64,000 nucleotides of DNA, taken from contig OX597824.1 of the NCBI GenBank assembly GCA_951406725.2, positions 85,374,001 through 85,438,000 of the forward strand, in the 5' to 3' direction. Source of the DNA: Octopus vulgaris (lineage: Eukaryota). Below are positions 12,502-27,461 of the stretch, one piece after another (the first letter of the stretch is position 1; the number at the start of each line of letters is the position of its first letter). Below the pieces are notes generated by a model. That model saw only the letters and a list, made by a program, of their open reading frames with translations, ran no database searches and had not been told where the DNA came from. A program made the translations under genes and the position numbers.

Positions 12502-12629
12502 TTAAAGTGATTTGGGTCACAATTGGCATACCGTACAATTCTGGATCAATGATGAATGAATTGGTGATAAACTAGACCTACTCAACGCAGGATAAAAGAA
12601 ATCCACAATTGATTAAAAAAAAAATCCAC

Positions 12630-13050
12630 ACCTATTTTTTTACTACCCACAAGGGGCTAAACACAGAGAGGACAAACAAGGACAGACAAACGGATGAAGT
12701 CGATTGTATCGACTCCAGTGCGTAACTGGTACTTATTTAATCGACCCCGAAAGGATGAAAGGTAAAGTCGACCTCGGCGTAATTTGAACTCAGAACGTAG
12801 TGGCAGACGAAATACCCGTTTCTTTATTATCCACAAGGGGATAAACACAGAGGAGACAAACAAGGACAGACAAACAGATTAAGTCGATTATATCGGCCCC
12901 AGTGTGTAACTGGTACTTAATTTATCGACCCCGAAAGGATGAAAGGCAAAGTCGACCTCGGTGGAAATTGAACTTAGAACGTAACGGCAAACGAAATACC
13001 GCTAAGCATTTCGCCCGGCGTGCTAACGTTTCTGCAAGCTCGTCGCCTTA
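12630..13050 (-). mobile_element. SINE-A1 dimer
   Basis: One head and two bodies, flanked by duplicated ttaaaaaaa..tccac. Confidence 0.9.
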
Positions 13051-13777
13051 AAAAAATCCACCCCTTTTAAAGAGAGAAAACAAATACAGGTTCAATTTTT
13101 GCAGATAAATTGATACAAGTCACAAAAAAATATAATAATTAGTAGTTAGCTGAGCCTAAAAAGAGTAAAAATCATACGAAAATATTTTGATTACGGTTTG
13201 TTATATTCCAAATCTTACGAGTAAATATTTCAAAAATTGATTTATTCCAATATGGTTTCAAATATTTAGACTTTCATCAAAATAAAATTAGTTATAAAAA
13301 CATTCCTGCTATTGTTTATACACAATACAGTTTATAGAAATTATGTTCGATTTTTAATTAAATTGCACAAAAAGTGGTAAAAATGTTGAAGTATTCAACA
13401 TCGGGAGGGGTATATAATTTAAATTAATCGTCAGCAATTTTCATTTTGCTCCTAATTTAAGAATAACGAACAGTTATTCTGAAATTAGGAGTAAAGTGAA
13501 AATTGAGCAGACTACATACATTGCCAATCATTTAATCATTAGTTTGTTAATTTTTACGAACAACCCTGGCTATTAACCTTGTCACAAACTAATATTAGAT
13601 TCAGTACAAATTTTCCTTTGTTATTACTTAGTGATTAAGTCGTTCAATTAATTTCTGTTACATCAGATGGCATTAAAGTAAGTACATTGAATAAGACAAT
13701 TTTTAAAGTATATTCGTATTACATTCAGCACACTTGCACGCATACAGTGTGTATATCTGAGTATATACAGACGTCTT

Positions 13778-14188
13778 TCATCTTTTACTTGTTTCAGTCA
13801 TTAGACTGCGGCCATGCTGGAGCACCGCTTTGAAGAACTTTAGAACTTTAGTCGACCCTAGTACTTACTTTTTAAATCGGGTATTTATTCTATCGATCAC
13901 ATTTGCCGAACCGCTAATTTATGGGGACATATACACATCAACACTGGTTGTCAAGCGGTGGTGGGGGACAAGCACATACACAATGAAACACACAAACATA
14001 GATATATACATATGTGTGTGTGTGTACGACAGGCTTCTTTCAGTTTCCGTCCACCAAATCTACTCACAGGGCTTTTGCCGATCCATGGCGATAGTAGAAA
14101 ACACTTGCTCAAGGTGCTGCACTATGGAACCGAACCCAGACCCATGTGGTTATGAAGTAGACTTCTTACCACATAGCTACGCCTGCGT
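13778..14188 (-). mobile_element. SINE family B, diverged
   Basis: Runs from the tail cttttacttgtttcagtc to the head cgcctgcg. Confidence 0.85.
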
Positions 14189-14454
14189 ATAAGTGTCTGC
14201 TGTATGTGGATATTTGAGCAAATACAGCTTTCCTCCGGTAGGCACCGTTCAGAGGTGATCATCATATGGCAATCCTCATCTGTGAATGCTCGGTTGCTGC
14301 ATGGCTGAACCATTAATAGCCGTAGTCGATAGTCTTGAAAAATGATATGCTTTGCACAATGGCTTGCTCTTAGAACACTCTAGCAGATTTTACAATACAT
14401 TTTCGCTTCATACGGATTTAAAGTAAGTCGCTGGACATAACTGTTTCGAGTCCT

Positions 14455-14637
14455 TGATTACCCGGTTTCCACAGCTTACAAGTGAGTGAAGTCACAGCAA
14501 TCCCCACTGAACAGGATACCAATCACTGTGTGAATAAGATCAACGTGAAATGAAGTGTTTAGCCCAAAACACAACGCACAATCCGGGAATCGAAACCACG
14601 ATGGTTTTTTTTATCGTGGGTGCAACACCCTTAGCCA
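14455..14637 (-). mobile_element. SINE family C, diverged
   Basis: caacgtgaaatgaagtg...gggaatcgaaaccacgat is the reverse complement of the family C head. Confidence 0.6.
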
Positions 14638-14904
14638 TATATGAATTTATGTATTTATTTTGTAATTCTTTAGTTTCGTTGGTTGAGGCGGTTGAAGCTA
14701 CTGATTTAAAATATCTTCTTTATGTTCTGACATAAGAAATGTATAGGAGTTGTTTAAACAAGACCTAGTGAGGAGTAATTGCTAGGAATAATATATATAT
14801 AACAAGCGAATCCAAAGGTTCAGTTTTCAGAGATGTGTGCCAGTGCTATAAATTCAATCCCGCGTTGTATTTTGTTGTTGATGTTGTTTAAATACAGAAT
14901 AATC

Positions 14905-15160
14905 AATTGGTTGACCTGGGCGGAATTTGAACTCAGAACATAAAGACGGATGAAATGCCTCTAAGTATTTTGATTCTGCCAGCTCGTTGCTTTCCGCCGC
15001 CCTCTTAATAATTGCTTCTAACATCAGCATTAGGCCAAACATTTAAAGAGATAGGTTAGTCGATTAAATCTGATCCGGTACTTGACTGGTATTTTATTTT
15101 ATTGACCCCCGGAAGACTCAAAGACAAAATTGACATCACCGGGATTTGAACTAAGAATAA
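14905..15160 (-). mobile_element. Two SINE-A fragments
   Basis: Both contain the gaatttgaactcagaac motif or a diverged version of it. Confidence 0.6.
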
Positions 15161-15235
15161 TAAAAGGCGATAATTAACCATTAAGAGACATTTTGGTACT
15201 TATGTTGAACAATATTTATATTACTGATAAATACC

Positions 15236-15650
15236 TATTTCTTTATTACCCACAAGGGGCTAAATACAGAGAGGACAAATAAGGACAGACAAACGGATTA
15301 AGTCGATTATATCAACCCAGTGCGCAACTGGTACTTAATTTATCGACCCCGAAAGGATGAAAGGTAAAGTCGACCTCGGCGGAATTTGAACTCAGAACAT
15401 AGCGGCGGACGAATACCCATTACTTTATTATCCACAAGGGGCTAAACATAGAGGGGACAAACAAAGACAGACATAAGTATTAAGTTGATTACATCGACCC
15501 CAGTGCGTAACTGGTGCTTAATTTATCGACCCCGAAAGGATGAAAGGCAAAGTCGACCTCGGCGGAATTTGAACTCAGAACGTAGCGACGGGCGAAATAC
15601 CGCTAAGCATTTCGCCCGACGTGCTAACGTTTCCGCCAGCTCGCCGCCTT
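15236..15650 (-). mobile_element. SINE-A1 dimer
   Basis: One head and two bodies, near-TSD tt(a/g)ctgataaat. Confidence 0.9.
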
Positions 15651-16083
15651 TGCTGATAAATCCCGTAAAAGAAAACATAAACAATAGGATAGGGACATTT
15701 CACTGGGTTTCGATTCCACTTGTATTCCATCGGCTTCACTACCGTGAAGAAATGCAATGAATTGAAGAAATGCATGAATGTTACATAATTTCATTCTTCG
15801 TTTTCTATAGAAGTTTGAGACATTTTGAAAGTGCTTAAATTATTACTAATCTTGAGTTAGAATGGGTTCTTGTTTTGGATCTTGGAGCCAATTAAGCCTG
15901 TCATCTCTTCAGAATCTGTCAATTTCGTACAAGTCATTCATTGAGATCAAATCGATTCAAGCGACTGGCAACAGTTCCCATATAAACCTATCGCTTAGGA
16001 AATATCTGATGTGTCATCACATTATTCTCAATGTGACTCAAATATATTACACAATCATTTATATTTCACTCTGATTGTTGCTA

Positions 16084-16156
<73 letters not shown>

Positions 16157-17759
16157 CTTGTTACGGTTTTCTCTACAGATATTCTACAGAAAACAAGTGT
16201 AGAGATAATAACCTTAACAAGTGATATAAATCGCACTGCTAACACAGTAGAACACGATATTGACTTATAAAAACGTTTTATATACTTTGTAGTATATAAT
16301 GGCTGCATAATGAAATACTGCATCCCTACAGATCAAATATGTAGGTATAAGCTTTTCCTACAGCTATGTAATACTTAAAACATATAATTTAGATTTTGGG
16401 CTATATTTGACCTGCACAAAGGCTGTATTCACTTTTATTTGCCGTTGAGAAGGCTTCTCTCACGGGGCAATAAGTGGTAACAAACGCCAAGAGCCATTTT
16501 AAGGCGATCTCTGTCGGAAGTGGTAAATGCATTTTTTGCTTTGTGACTGTCATCAGCTCCGTGTACCGCAAGAGAGACAACCCTGAAATGACTTTGTAAA
16601 CTTTCGTTTCCTTATTGTAAATCAAATATGTTTCCTTTGTATAAATCAAATATGTTCGAGACATATTTGATTTATACAACGGCCGTAGTATTCACAACTG
16701 TTTGCAGTTAAGAATTCTCGCTTTAGAACAATAGGTGTTAATAAAATATATAGCATATGCGCTCTGCCTATATTGTTATATTTTGCTTATTATAATATTG
16801 GGTAATCTACGTTTTATGTATATTTATATACTTTTCAATGACCTCATTACATTTTCTACAACTAAGATTATTTGGGTTTTTATTTTTTCCAGTCTAGTTA
16901 TTTCATTTCAAAGTCTTTATCTTTTCTACACAAAAGTTCTCATCCTTAGGGGGTTGGAATTTCTATTAACAGGTATTTTACTTCCTGTAGTTAATACCAA
17001 TTTTATCTCGACAGTTTTCCTTTGGTCTTTTTATAGATTGTATAATAAGACATTTCCCTAAGTGTTGCTGTTTTGTTATTGTACCATCTGCTTTCTGAAG
17101 TATTACCTCAGATTCCAGCATACGTATCTACTCACTTTATTACTAATACTGTAAATCTCTGGAGCAAACATTTCTCTCTCTATATTGACAGCTTTTGATA
17201 TTTGTTTTTTTTTTCAAAAAACATTTTCTACGTAACTTTTAATGAGTAAACACTAATCTTGTGCTTAGCTTTTAAATTAGAACTTCGGGGCTGCTGTTGT
17301 GATTCTTGATTGTCAGCATTGGTTGTTTTGACACTATCACAATACCTGCTTAGCTTAATTTTTTCAAGTGTATTTTTTTTCTTTTTTCTTTCTCTCAATT
17401 TTATGCTTTTATCTAGGAATGTGCATAGTTTTCATTTTTGAAATTATTGACATTCTTCGTCATTAAGTCTATATATTTCCAAGTATTTACACTTCAAAAG
17501 TTTAATTACACTGCTCTGCCAATTCCAGATAATGTCTATTTACAGAATCTCAACCATCCATGCTTGCATAAGATGATATGTCTCTATACTGTTCAGTAAT
17601 TCAACACAGTTATTTCAAATTCTTCATTAATGTGCTGTAAATTACCGAATGAAGGGTTTGAAGGTTCGTATCCTGTCACTGGCATTAGGTAGTGTCTACA
17701 ACCTAAACCTTTTACCGATTTCATCCACTAATCTATAAATGGTAGATCCAATGTGGAAC

Positions 17760-17962
17760 CTTCTACACGATCATTTGACCTGCTATAAATAGCAGCCAAA
17801 TCTCTTTTAAATCACACCTGTGTTTTTTTCATTAGATGTTGTAAACCTAAGTACATTGAAAAAGAAACAAAAAAAAAAAGAAAACGGAATGGCCAGCTGG
17901 AACGCTTTTGATCATACATCTACTCGGTCAGAGTTGACTTGTAGCTAATGAACAGCAACAAT
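17760..17962 (+). mobile_element. SINE-like family E
   Basis: gacctgctataaatagcagccaaatctc...gctttgatcat-like segment...aacagcaaca. Confidence 0.6.
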
Positions 17963-19244
17963 ACGATAGAGCTGTAAATAGGTTCTTTGACGTCTGTACG
18001 ATTTAGTTTTCGCGCTACTCTTGATCATTTTGAAACATATTTCGTTTTAAATTACTTTCCAAGTTTTGTATATAATATTGTACAGCACCACAACGATTTT
18101 CACTGGCAATGCCAAAAAGCCCACGGACAAGCTTCTTATGTATATACTCTTACAACTAGGCTTTCTAATATTTCAGTCTTTCCTATCCACGCTGTGTCCT
18201 GCATAAAACACATGTTGTTTATTTAACGGCGAGTCGTCAAAAGCATAAATTTACATTTTCAGTTTTCCACTACGGTGATAGCCTTATTAATGACTGCTTT
18301 ATATAGGAACTGAATATTTCAAATCAATCAATATTCCGCCTCACAGAGATTGGTCTCCCCAAAGTAAAGGACTACAAAACATTAATTACACTTCCTGACG
18401 GTAGCCAGAGGAACTAAACAGAATGAAATATTTCAAGAGACGTTGCAGTTCATACCTGAACTCTTTTTGGTCAAAGAACTGGGAGAGCATTATTTATCTT
18501 AATTATAAATATAAACTCTACGTAATGTGCCAAGTGCTCTTCATTCGTTTGTATACATAAACTTACCTACCTATCAACTTATATACTCACAGACATATAT
18601 ATACTCGCGTACGTACAAATACGTACATGTACACAGACACACGCACACACACATATGTTTTACTAATGATGATATTAGAGATCTATATTTCGGATGACTA
18701 ACTTAATCTTTGCATTTGTATGCAAACTTCAATAGGCATATAACTTAGAAAAGCTTTCCGGTACATCGTCTATTTTTTTTTTAAGTAAGGAGTCATTGAA
18801 ACGGAACGCATTACACAACACTAAGCAAAGCTAGAATGAAAATAAAACGTTCGTTTGTAGCACAAACATCTCATTTAGAATTCCACCATACTCCCCCACC
18901 ACCACGACCTCCCCGCCAAAAAAAAACCAAAAAACAAAAACAAATCCTCAGAAGATTAATCATAGAAGCAGAATTAATACAAAATTGCGAAACATTATGA
19001 CAAGACAGATAGCGCGAGCTCAAACAACATAGAAAAGATAGTGGCTGATTGCTGAAAATAAAGAAAAAAAGATGTAGTCTACAGCAAACATATGAAGTGA
19101 TAACATCATCATTAACAAATACATCGTACGATTACTACCAACTATAAAACCAGTCATAGATACCACCTAACTAGCAAAAGCATACAGGAGAATGGAAGTC
19201 TGGAAACAGTAATAGGCTAAGCAAATGTATTCAATACATAATGA

Positions 19245-19319
<75 letters not shown>

Positions 19320-19320
19320 A

Positions 19321-19540
19321 TTAGGGAGTAAATCCAAACTTACAGGGAAAAATTAGATTTAGGATTAAATCTAATTTTACAGTATAAATATAAATTAAAT
19401 TAGAGATAAAACCACTATTAGGCAAATCAAACAGTGAAAAACATAAACCAAAACATAGAAATAAAATTAATTAATATAATATACAAAATATATAAAATAT
19501 AAAATTCAAAATTTAAATTATTAAAATTTTTTGGTTTATA
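19321..19540 (-). mobile_element. Penelope-like terminus adjacent to (TA)n
   Basis: Homologous to the 6193-6369 insert (attagagataaaaccactatt). Confidence 0.45.
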
Positions 19541-19706
19541 TACACACACAATCATACATACATACATATTATCATCATCGTCCACTTTTACATGGAGAGG
19601 GGGCAGACATATCTTGAGGTAGATTTTTCAGCGACCGGATGCTCTTCCTATAGCCAACACTCAACTGTTTCCAGCTACAGTATAAGACAGCATCAGTATG
19701 AGTAAA

Positions 19707-20110
19707 GGCGGCGAGCTGGCAGAAACGTTAGCACGCCGGGCGAAATGCTTAGCGGTATTTCGTCGGCCGCAGCGTTCTGAGTTCAAATTCTGCCGAGGTC
19801 GACTTTACCTTTTATCCTTTCGGGGTCGATAAATTAAGTACCAGTTACGCACCGGGGTCGATATAATCGACTTAATCCGTTTGTCTGTCCTTGTTTGTCC
19901 CCTCTCTGTTTAGCCCCTTGTGGGTAGTAAAGAAATAGGTATTTCGTCTGCCGTTCAAATTCCGCCGAGGTCGACTTTGCCTTTTATCTTTTCGGAGTTG
20001 ATAAATTAAGTACCAGTTAAGCACTGGGGTCGATGTAATCTACTTAATCTCTTTGCCTGTCTTTGTTTGTCCCATCTATGTTTAGCCCCTTGCGTGGGCA
20101 ATAAAGCAAT
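19707..20110 (+). mobile_element. SINE-A1 dimer
   Basis: Junction aaagaaata|ggtatttcgtctg at about 19927. Confidence 0.9.
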
Positions 20111-20176
20111 AAGCTACATTATAAGACATTTGCTCAAGGTAACACACAGTGGAATTGAATCGGAGACCACATAGTT

Positions 20177-20349
20177 AGGCACAGGTATGGTAGTGTGGTA
20201 CTAAGTTTGTTTCTCAACTACATGTTTCTAGGTTCAGGTTGACTCCTACTGCGTAGCAACTTGGGTAAGTGTTTCTGTTATAGTCCTGGGATGACCAATG
20301 CATTGTGATATTGTGAGTGGATTTGGTAAACGGAAACTGATAGTCCATC

Positions 20350-20384
<35 letters not shown>

Positions 20385-20440
20385 ACTTTATGTTTGTGTT
20401 GTCCTCCATCACCACCTGGCAACAGGTTTTGATTTTTATA
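20177..20440 (+). mobile_element. SINE family B, diverged and truncated
   Basis: Contains ttgtgagtggatttggtaaacggaaactga. Confidence 0.65.
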
Positions 20441-20614
20441 TATTATATATACTTTCAACATATAGGCTAGAAATCTATTCTATGCCTTTAATTATATATG
20501 TATATATATAATAAATATACATACATATATATTTATTTATATATATATAAATTATATATATATAATCTATTTAAATCTAAGATATATATTTAATATATAT
20601 GTATAATCGTTTGC

Positions 20615-20795
20615 ATGCCGGGAAAAATTCATAGCGGCATTTCGTCCATTTCTACGTTCTGAGTTCAAATTCCACCGAGGTTGACTTCGCCTTTCATTTT
20701 TTGGAGTTGATAAATTAAGTACCAGTCATGTACCGAGGTTGATGTAATCGACTTGTCCCCGCCCACTAAAATTTCAGACCTTGTGTAGAAAGGAT
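20615..20795 (+). mobile_element. SINE-A2
   Basis: A body ending in tagaaaggattatt. Confidence 0.75.
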
Positions 20796-21351
20796 TATTG
20801 TTATCATTATTATTATTATTGCTACTACTTTCATCTTTACTTACGGCCACATCACTAACAATTGCAACTATTATCAAACAAATCAAGCAGACTAATTAAG
20901 ACAATTATTCTTAATCATAATAATAATTATATCAATGATTTAATAATATTACCATAGCTGGATCACCTAATTGTATTTTTCCCTTTTATTATTGTTAGTA
21001 TTTTAGTAGCTGGAGTGATGTTTGCTGGTACTATTAGTGACACTGCTGTTGAAATTGAGTGTTTATTGATATCATTATTAACAATACTACTACTATAATT
21101 ATCATTGATATGGATGTTGCTATTACTATTATCATTATAATGGCGATTGTTGATATTTATTATTATTACCAATAGTATTTATTTTGCTCATGATCGAAAT
21201 AACAATCTTATCATTTGTTATTGTTAATGCATTATCATAATAGACAAGTACGACCATTTATATTATAAACAAGAGCTGCCAGAGCAAATATACCTAATTT
21301 CATATAGCAAACACGACAGTCATTAAATATTTATCCTATGTATATACGTAC

Positions 21352-21414
<63 letters not shown>

Positions 21415-21500
21415 CAATATATACACATATTCAATTTCATTTTCTCACCTCTGATTTATTGTGATGCCTGTATAACTGCGTATGACTATACAATAATATA

Positions 21501-21584
<84 letters not shown>

Positions 21585-21630
21585 ATATCTACATATATAT
21601 ATATATATATATATATAGGTGAGAAAGTTG

Positions 21631-21669
<39 letters not shown>

Positions 21670-21736
21670 ATTATTATCATCATTATTATTATCATTATCA
21701 TTTATTAATTCCCGGTGGTTGCTTGCTAAATATATT

Positions 21737-21774
<38 letters not shown>

Positions 21775-22084
21775 AATATCCATGTATATAAATATGTATA
21801 GACACACGCATACACAGACATTAGCTCCGTTGTATTGTTTACCAAAAAGATTAAAGCCAATGCAGTTAATTTCGTTTCTTAATCAGATTTCGCACTATTT
21901 TTACGTTTCAATTTCACTTTCCTATTTCTTGCTGAACATAACTACAATAACAATAAGATTACTTTGTATTATTATATATAACTCCCTTAATTCTTGACAT
22001 TCTATATAGATTTACGGTAGCTAGGCTGTACATAAGTGTGTATAAATGTAATCGAAGACGGCCATGAATGGAACCAGTCGCATT

Positions 22085-22570
<486 letters not shown>

Positions 22571-22646
22571 AACTTTACACTCGAAAAATTTCTACTACGT
22601 ATGAAAGTAATCTACTTCGATTGAACCACTTTCGGTGAAGTAATGG

Positions 22647-22683
<37 letters not shown>

Positions 22684-22685
<2 letters not shown>

Positions 22686-22820
22686 CGCAGGAATGGCTGT
22701 ATAAGAAGCTTGCTTCCCAACCACACGGTTCCAAGTTCAGTCTCTTCTACTATAGCCTCGGGCCGACCAAAGCCTTGTGAGTGAATTTAGTCGACGAAAA
22801 CTGAAAGAAGCCCGGCGTAT
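22684..22820 (+). mobile_element. SINE family B, 5' half
   Basis: ggcgcaggaatggctgt...ctgaaagaagccc. Confidence 0.75.
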
Positions 22821-22829
22821 ATATATATG

Positions 22830-22883
<54 letters not shown>

Positions 22884-24094
22884 GGTAGATAGATACGTAT
22901 ATATATGTGTGGTTATGTATATATTATATATGTGTGTATATATATATGTATACACACGCATACACATATATATGAGTGCGTGTGTAGATATATATGCTTA
23001 CATATGTATATGCAAATATGTGAAGTATACGAGTTAGATAGCCATAAGGTTATACGCTTTTGATGAGTGATGATCGCCATTCGAATCTAACTTAATTCAA
23101 TGGGCAAATAGTCTGCTTAAACATCATCATAATTCTACATGTGTGGCTATATGCGTTTATATGTGCCTGTGTGTTTGTTTATGGAGTGTGCATGTATATT
23201 TATATATATCTTTGTGCGTAAATTTTTGCGTAAGTAGAAAAACAATAAAAATATCTCGCACGAAAAAAGTGCCTGCCTTTTTTTTTTTTTTAATTAAAAG
23301 TAACGGTTGTCAAAGAACTTAGTTGGAATTAAAAAAAAAAATAATAACGACATTTTCACAGCTTTATGATTTAGAATGCAGAAGATAAAATAACCATGCT
23401 ATTATTTCCGCACGGAAGATTCTCAGGATGAAGTGCAAACGGCGACATGCGTTATGTAATCAAATACCCAACTCAGAAATTATTTTGAAAACATATTCCA
23501 AATAGCTAAGCCTAGGAATATGATAATGCGATGATGAATGAGGAAGATGACGGCTTCCATACGCATCAGCCATTTTGTTTTGGGTTTGAGGGAAAAGATA
23601 GAACAAATGCACCTACTATTTTCATGTACTTTTGTTTTTTGCAATATATATTAATCTTCTTTTATGGTGTCCCTCCTTCGCCCTGAACCAATTCACCTTC
23701 GTGATTTACTTTTTGCATATGATTAACAACGGTTCGTCTTATATACAGTAGAGTTTATTGCGCGATAACAAAGCAATTTATTATTTTATAGCCGTATGTT
23801 ACTTGAACATCAACAGCCATGAAGTCAACATTAACTGAAATAAATCTAATCAAAAGAGTACGAATAATGCTAAAATAATCTTTCTCCGTAAAAACATTCT
23901 ACCCACTGGAATCACAAAATTTTTCTTCGTAGTTCTGAAATTTCATCCATGGGAAGGTAATCACCCTGGACTAAGGACTGCGAATCCAAAAGAAGATTTG
24001 AATTCATAACTGAAACTATGCATTTAGTTCCGCACTCTGGTGATTTGGTTGTCAACATTATGCTGTTTTGTAACTACTACTACTACTACTACTA

Positions 24095-24159
<65 letters not shown>

Positions 24160-24715
24160 TGCATTGCCAGGCAGTGACTCTTATGGCTTTTGATCTTAAC
24201 TAAACTGATTGGAAGTGCTATCATGTACATGTTTTGCATTCGTATCAAAGATGGATTACACCAAATATTCTGTTCAATACAACAAATTTGCTTGTCAGTT
24301 GCTTGACCTTAGCCAATTGAGCATGTCCCTTAGTGGTTGACGATATGTGCATCACTGATCACAAGCAGAAATATTGGGGTGGGGGTGCAATATAGCCATA
24401 TGCTGAGAGGAATTCTTTGGGGTTTGAATAAATCACCTCTGGAAACAAGGGTGTTTCGTTCATCATCCTTAAACAAACCTTATTCAGAGATCTTTTGAGC
24501 GGGGTTGGCTATTCAACCAGTAAAAAATTCTAACTGGGCCCCACCTGCAAGGTTATGCGCTATTTATTTTGATATGAGATCATCATGTCGCGCGCTTATG
24601 GTTGTGTTGCATGTGCCTTGTTTACCCTTATCAGGCGATAGTCATGATGGGTATATTGGGCTTTGTATGTTTGTGCCCCAGTGTCCCTTTGATGGCATGC
24701 GCTGCTCCCTTACTC
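24160..24715 (+). mobile_element. About 555-bp non-coding retroposon inserted in (TAA)n, Dong/R4-like target
   Basis: Flanked on both sides by (AAT)n and colinear with 53511-54059 and 34086-34328. Confidence 0.75.
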
Positions 24716-24759
<44 letters not shown>

Positions 24760-24955
24760 TAATAATAATAATGGACTCTCCGTCGAAGACGATGTATGAG
24801 CATTCAGCTTTTACCGAACGACCTGTACAAATAATGTTTATAATGTCCAAAGGTTCGTGCTGCACATTAGCTCACTCTCTCCATCAAATCGACGTTGTCT
24901 GAACAGATGCACAGTAATTTTTAATAGCAGTAGTGGTAGCGGCAGCAACAGTAGC

Positions 24956-24993
<38 letters not shown>

Positions 24994-25210
24994 CAACAAC
25001 AGCATAATAGGGTGATACAAGTGCCGTATTTAGCATGTACTTCATATTGAACATGCTGATACTTCGGCGTAAGAGCGACTTTTTTCAGAGCAGGAAACAA
25101 TACAAATAGCAATAATTAGAGATAAGTAAAGGGTGGGAATAAAATGAAGAAATTGAACAACAAAAACTATACCAATGAAAATTATGTGATGCTATGAGTG
25201 AAATAAGTAA

Positions 25211-25452
25211 GGTGGTTTAGTGGTTAGGGTGTCAGCATCATGATCGTAAGATTGAGGTTTCGATTCCTGAACCGGGCGACGCGTTGTGTTCTTGAGCAAA
25301 ACACTTCATTTCACGTTGCCCCTGTACACTCAACTGGCAAAAATGAGTAACGCTGCGATGGACTGGCGTCCCGTCCAGCTGGGGAACACATACGCCATAG
25401 AAACCGGGAAACCGAGCCCATGAGCCTAGCTAGGCTTTAAAAGGGCGCATTT
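25211..25452 (+). mobile_element. tRNA-derived CORE/V-domain SINE (family C)
   Basis: ggtttagtggttaggg (A box), ggtttcgattcc (B box), ttcttgagcaaaacac (CORE), ctgcgatggactggcgtcccgtccag (V-domain-like). Confidence 0.75.
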
Positions 25453-25805
25453 ATTATTTTTTAGGACTCTTGTACCAAAGAGGAAACCCTCTATGTAGTT
25501 CCTTGAGCAGCTCGAAATAGTAACCGATTCCCTTTCTGTTTCTCATAAGAGATCCTTGCGACTTAAACAATAGAAGGACACATTGAGTAATAGAATCGTG
25601 GATATGTTTGAATAAAAACATATTAGTATGGCAGTAGCTGGAGTGTCTGTGGTTATATACCTGCCTTTTCTGAGGTTGACAAAGGGCTAGGCAACAAGGA
25701 TAATAACCGTAACAGCAACAACAGTTTCATTCAGATTCTTCAATGACAGCACTCGTGTATCATAATCTGTGACATCTGGTTATTTATTCTGTTAGAACAT
25801 TTTAG

Positions 25806-25968
25806 TTCTGAGTTCGAATTCCACCGAGGTCGACTTTGCCCTTCATCCTTTTGGGGTCGATAAATTAAGTACCAGTTACACACTGGAGTCGATGTAATCG
25901 ACTTAATCCGTTTGTCTATCCTTGTTTGTCCCTTCTATGTTTAGCCCCTTGTGGGCAATAAACAAATA
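25806..25968 (+). mobile_element. 5'-truncated SINE-A1
   Basis: A1 body and tail flanked by agaacatttt. Confidence 0.8.
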
Positions 25969-25996
25969 AGAACATTTTGTTCAACTGCGACATACA

Positions 25997-26030
<34 letters not shown>

Positions 26031-27081
26031 CATAGAGAAAGACAGACAGTTAGATAGATCGATAGATAGGTAGACAGATTAAAGACAGTGACAAATAGAA
26101 AGACAAATAGTCAGAAATAGGTTTGTAGATAAATAGACAGACACACATACTGGCAGATAGATAGATAAACGGAGAGAGAGAGAGAGAGAGAGAAAGTAGA
26201 AAGAGAGAGAGAAAATAGATAGATAGATAGATAGATAGATAGACAGACAGACAAACATAGAAGGCAGGTAGACAGACAGACACATAGTTACACTGATAGA
26301 TACATTGATAGAATGATACACAGACAGCTAGCGAGCTAGATAAATAGAGTGACAGACATATAGATAGATAGATAGATAGATAGATAGACAGACAGAGAGG
26401 TACATAATATAATTTATGTGACTTATTGAGACCATTTCCATACGTTGCATTGTCTTCTGTTTACATGAAGTTCTAAATCCCCTCTCTCACTAGAAAACCC
26501 TTAAAAGTCGTGACATATCCTACCTTTCAAGAAGTGGTCCGCAATGTTCGATTTGGTTAAACGAATATCATTTATTTGACAATTCCTCAACTGCTTGTGA
26601 GGGTTTATTTAAGTACAAGCTTATTTTATTTAGAGCTTGCATGACTTGATATCACAAAACACGACAAAGAAAAAAAAAAAAGGAAAAAAGAGGCAGAAAG
26701 ATGAATAAAAAAAAGCAGAAAGACGAATAAAAAAAAGTCAAAGCAGAGACGAATATAGTCTAATGAATAAAAATACGTAAAAATACAAAAAGCAAAATGA
26801 CTTTGAAAATGAAGAAACAAAAATGATATATATATATATGTATGTATAATTTCCTTGATATAACTAATGATATAACTAATCCTTGATATAACTAATGGCG
26901 AAAAGAACCAATGAAAATAAACTGGATTCATGTGATGTGTTCACCGCCTGTTTTTCGCACATCTATTCAGAAATCAGCGTGTCCGAAGGTATTAAGCATA
27001 TGAAATGTCCAACGGTATATATAATTACATATATCTAGTCAGGCGGGTTGACAGGAAGATACGCGCAAACTTAAACACACG

Positions 27082-27124
<43 letters not shown>

Positions 27125-27241
27125 GCACATTAACACACTTGCATACGAATACAATACATGCATTAATACGAATACATGCATTAATACAATTCCGCAAAGT
27201 GTTGGTGCGTGTGCATGTGTGTGTGTACGTGTGTGCGTGTA

Positions 27242-27325
<84 letters not shown>

Positions 27326-27415
27326 ATGTTTCTAAAGGGACATTCACACGAGTAATCATAAATTTTGGAATTGCCTGTAAATAGGAAGATACAGTTACTT
27401 TCACACATTTATGCC

Positions 27416-27461
<46 letters not shown>

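Noticed and set aside
14190-14420. Possible RTE-type LINE fragment
   Set aside because: There is only a faint RL..F.H.AR-like resemblance across frameshifts.
25211-25280. Possible tRNA genes (also 1427 and the SINE-A/B heads)
   Set aside because: A and B boxes are present, but there is no intact cloverleaf and each continues into a SINE body.
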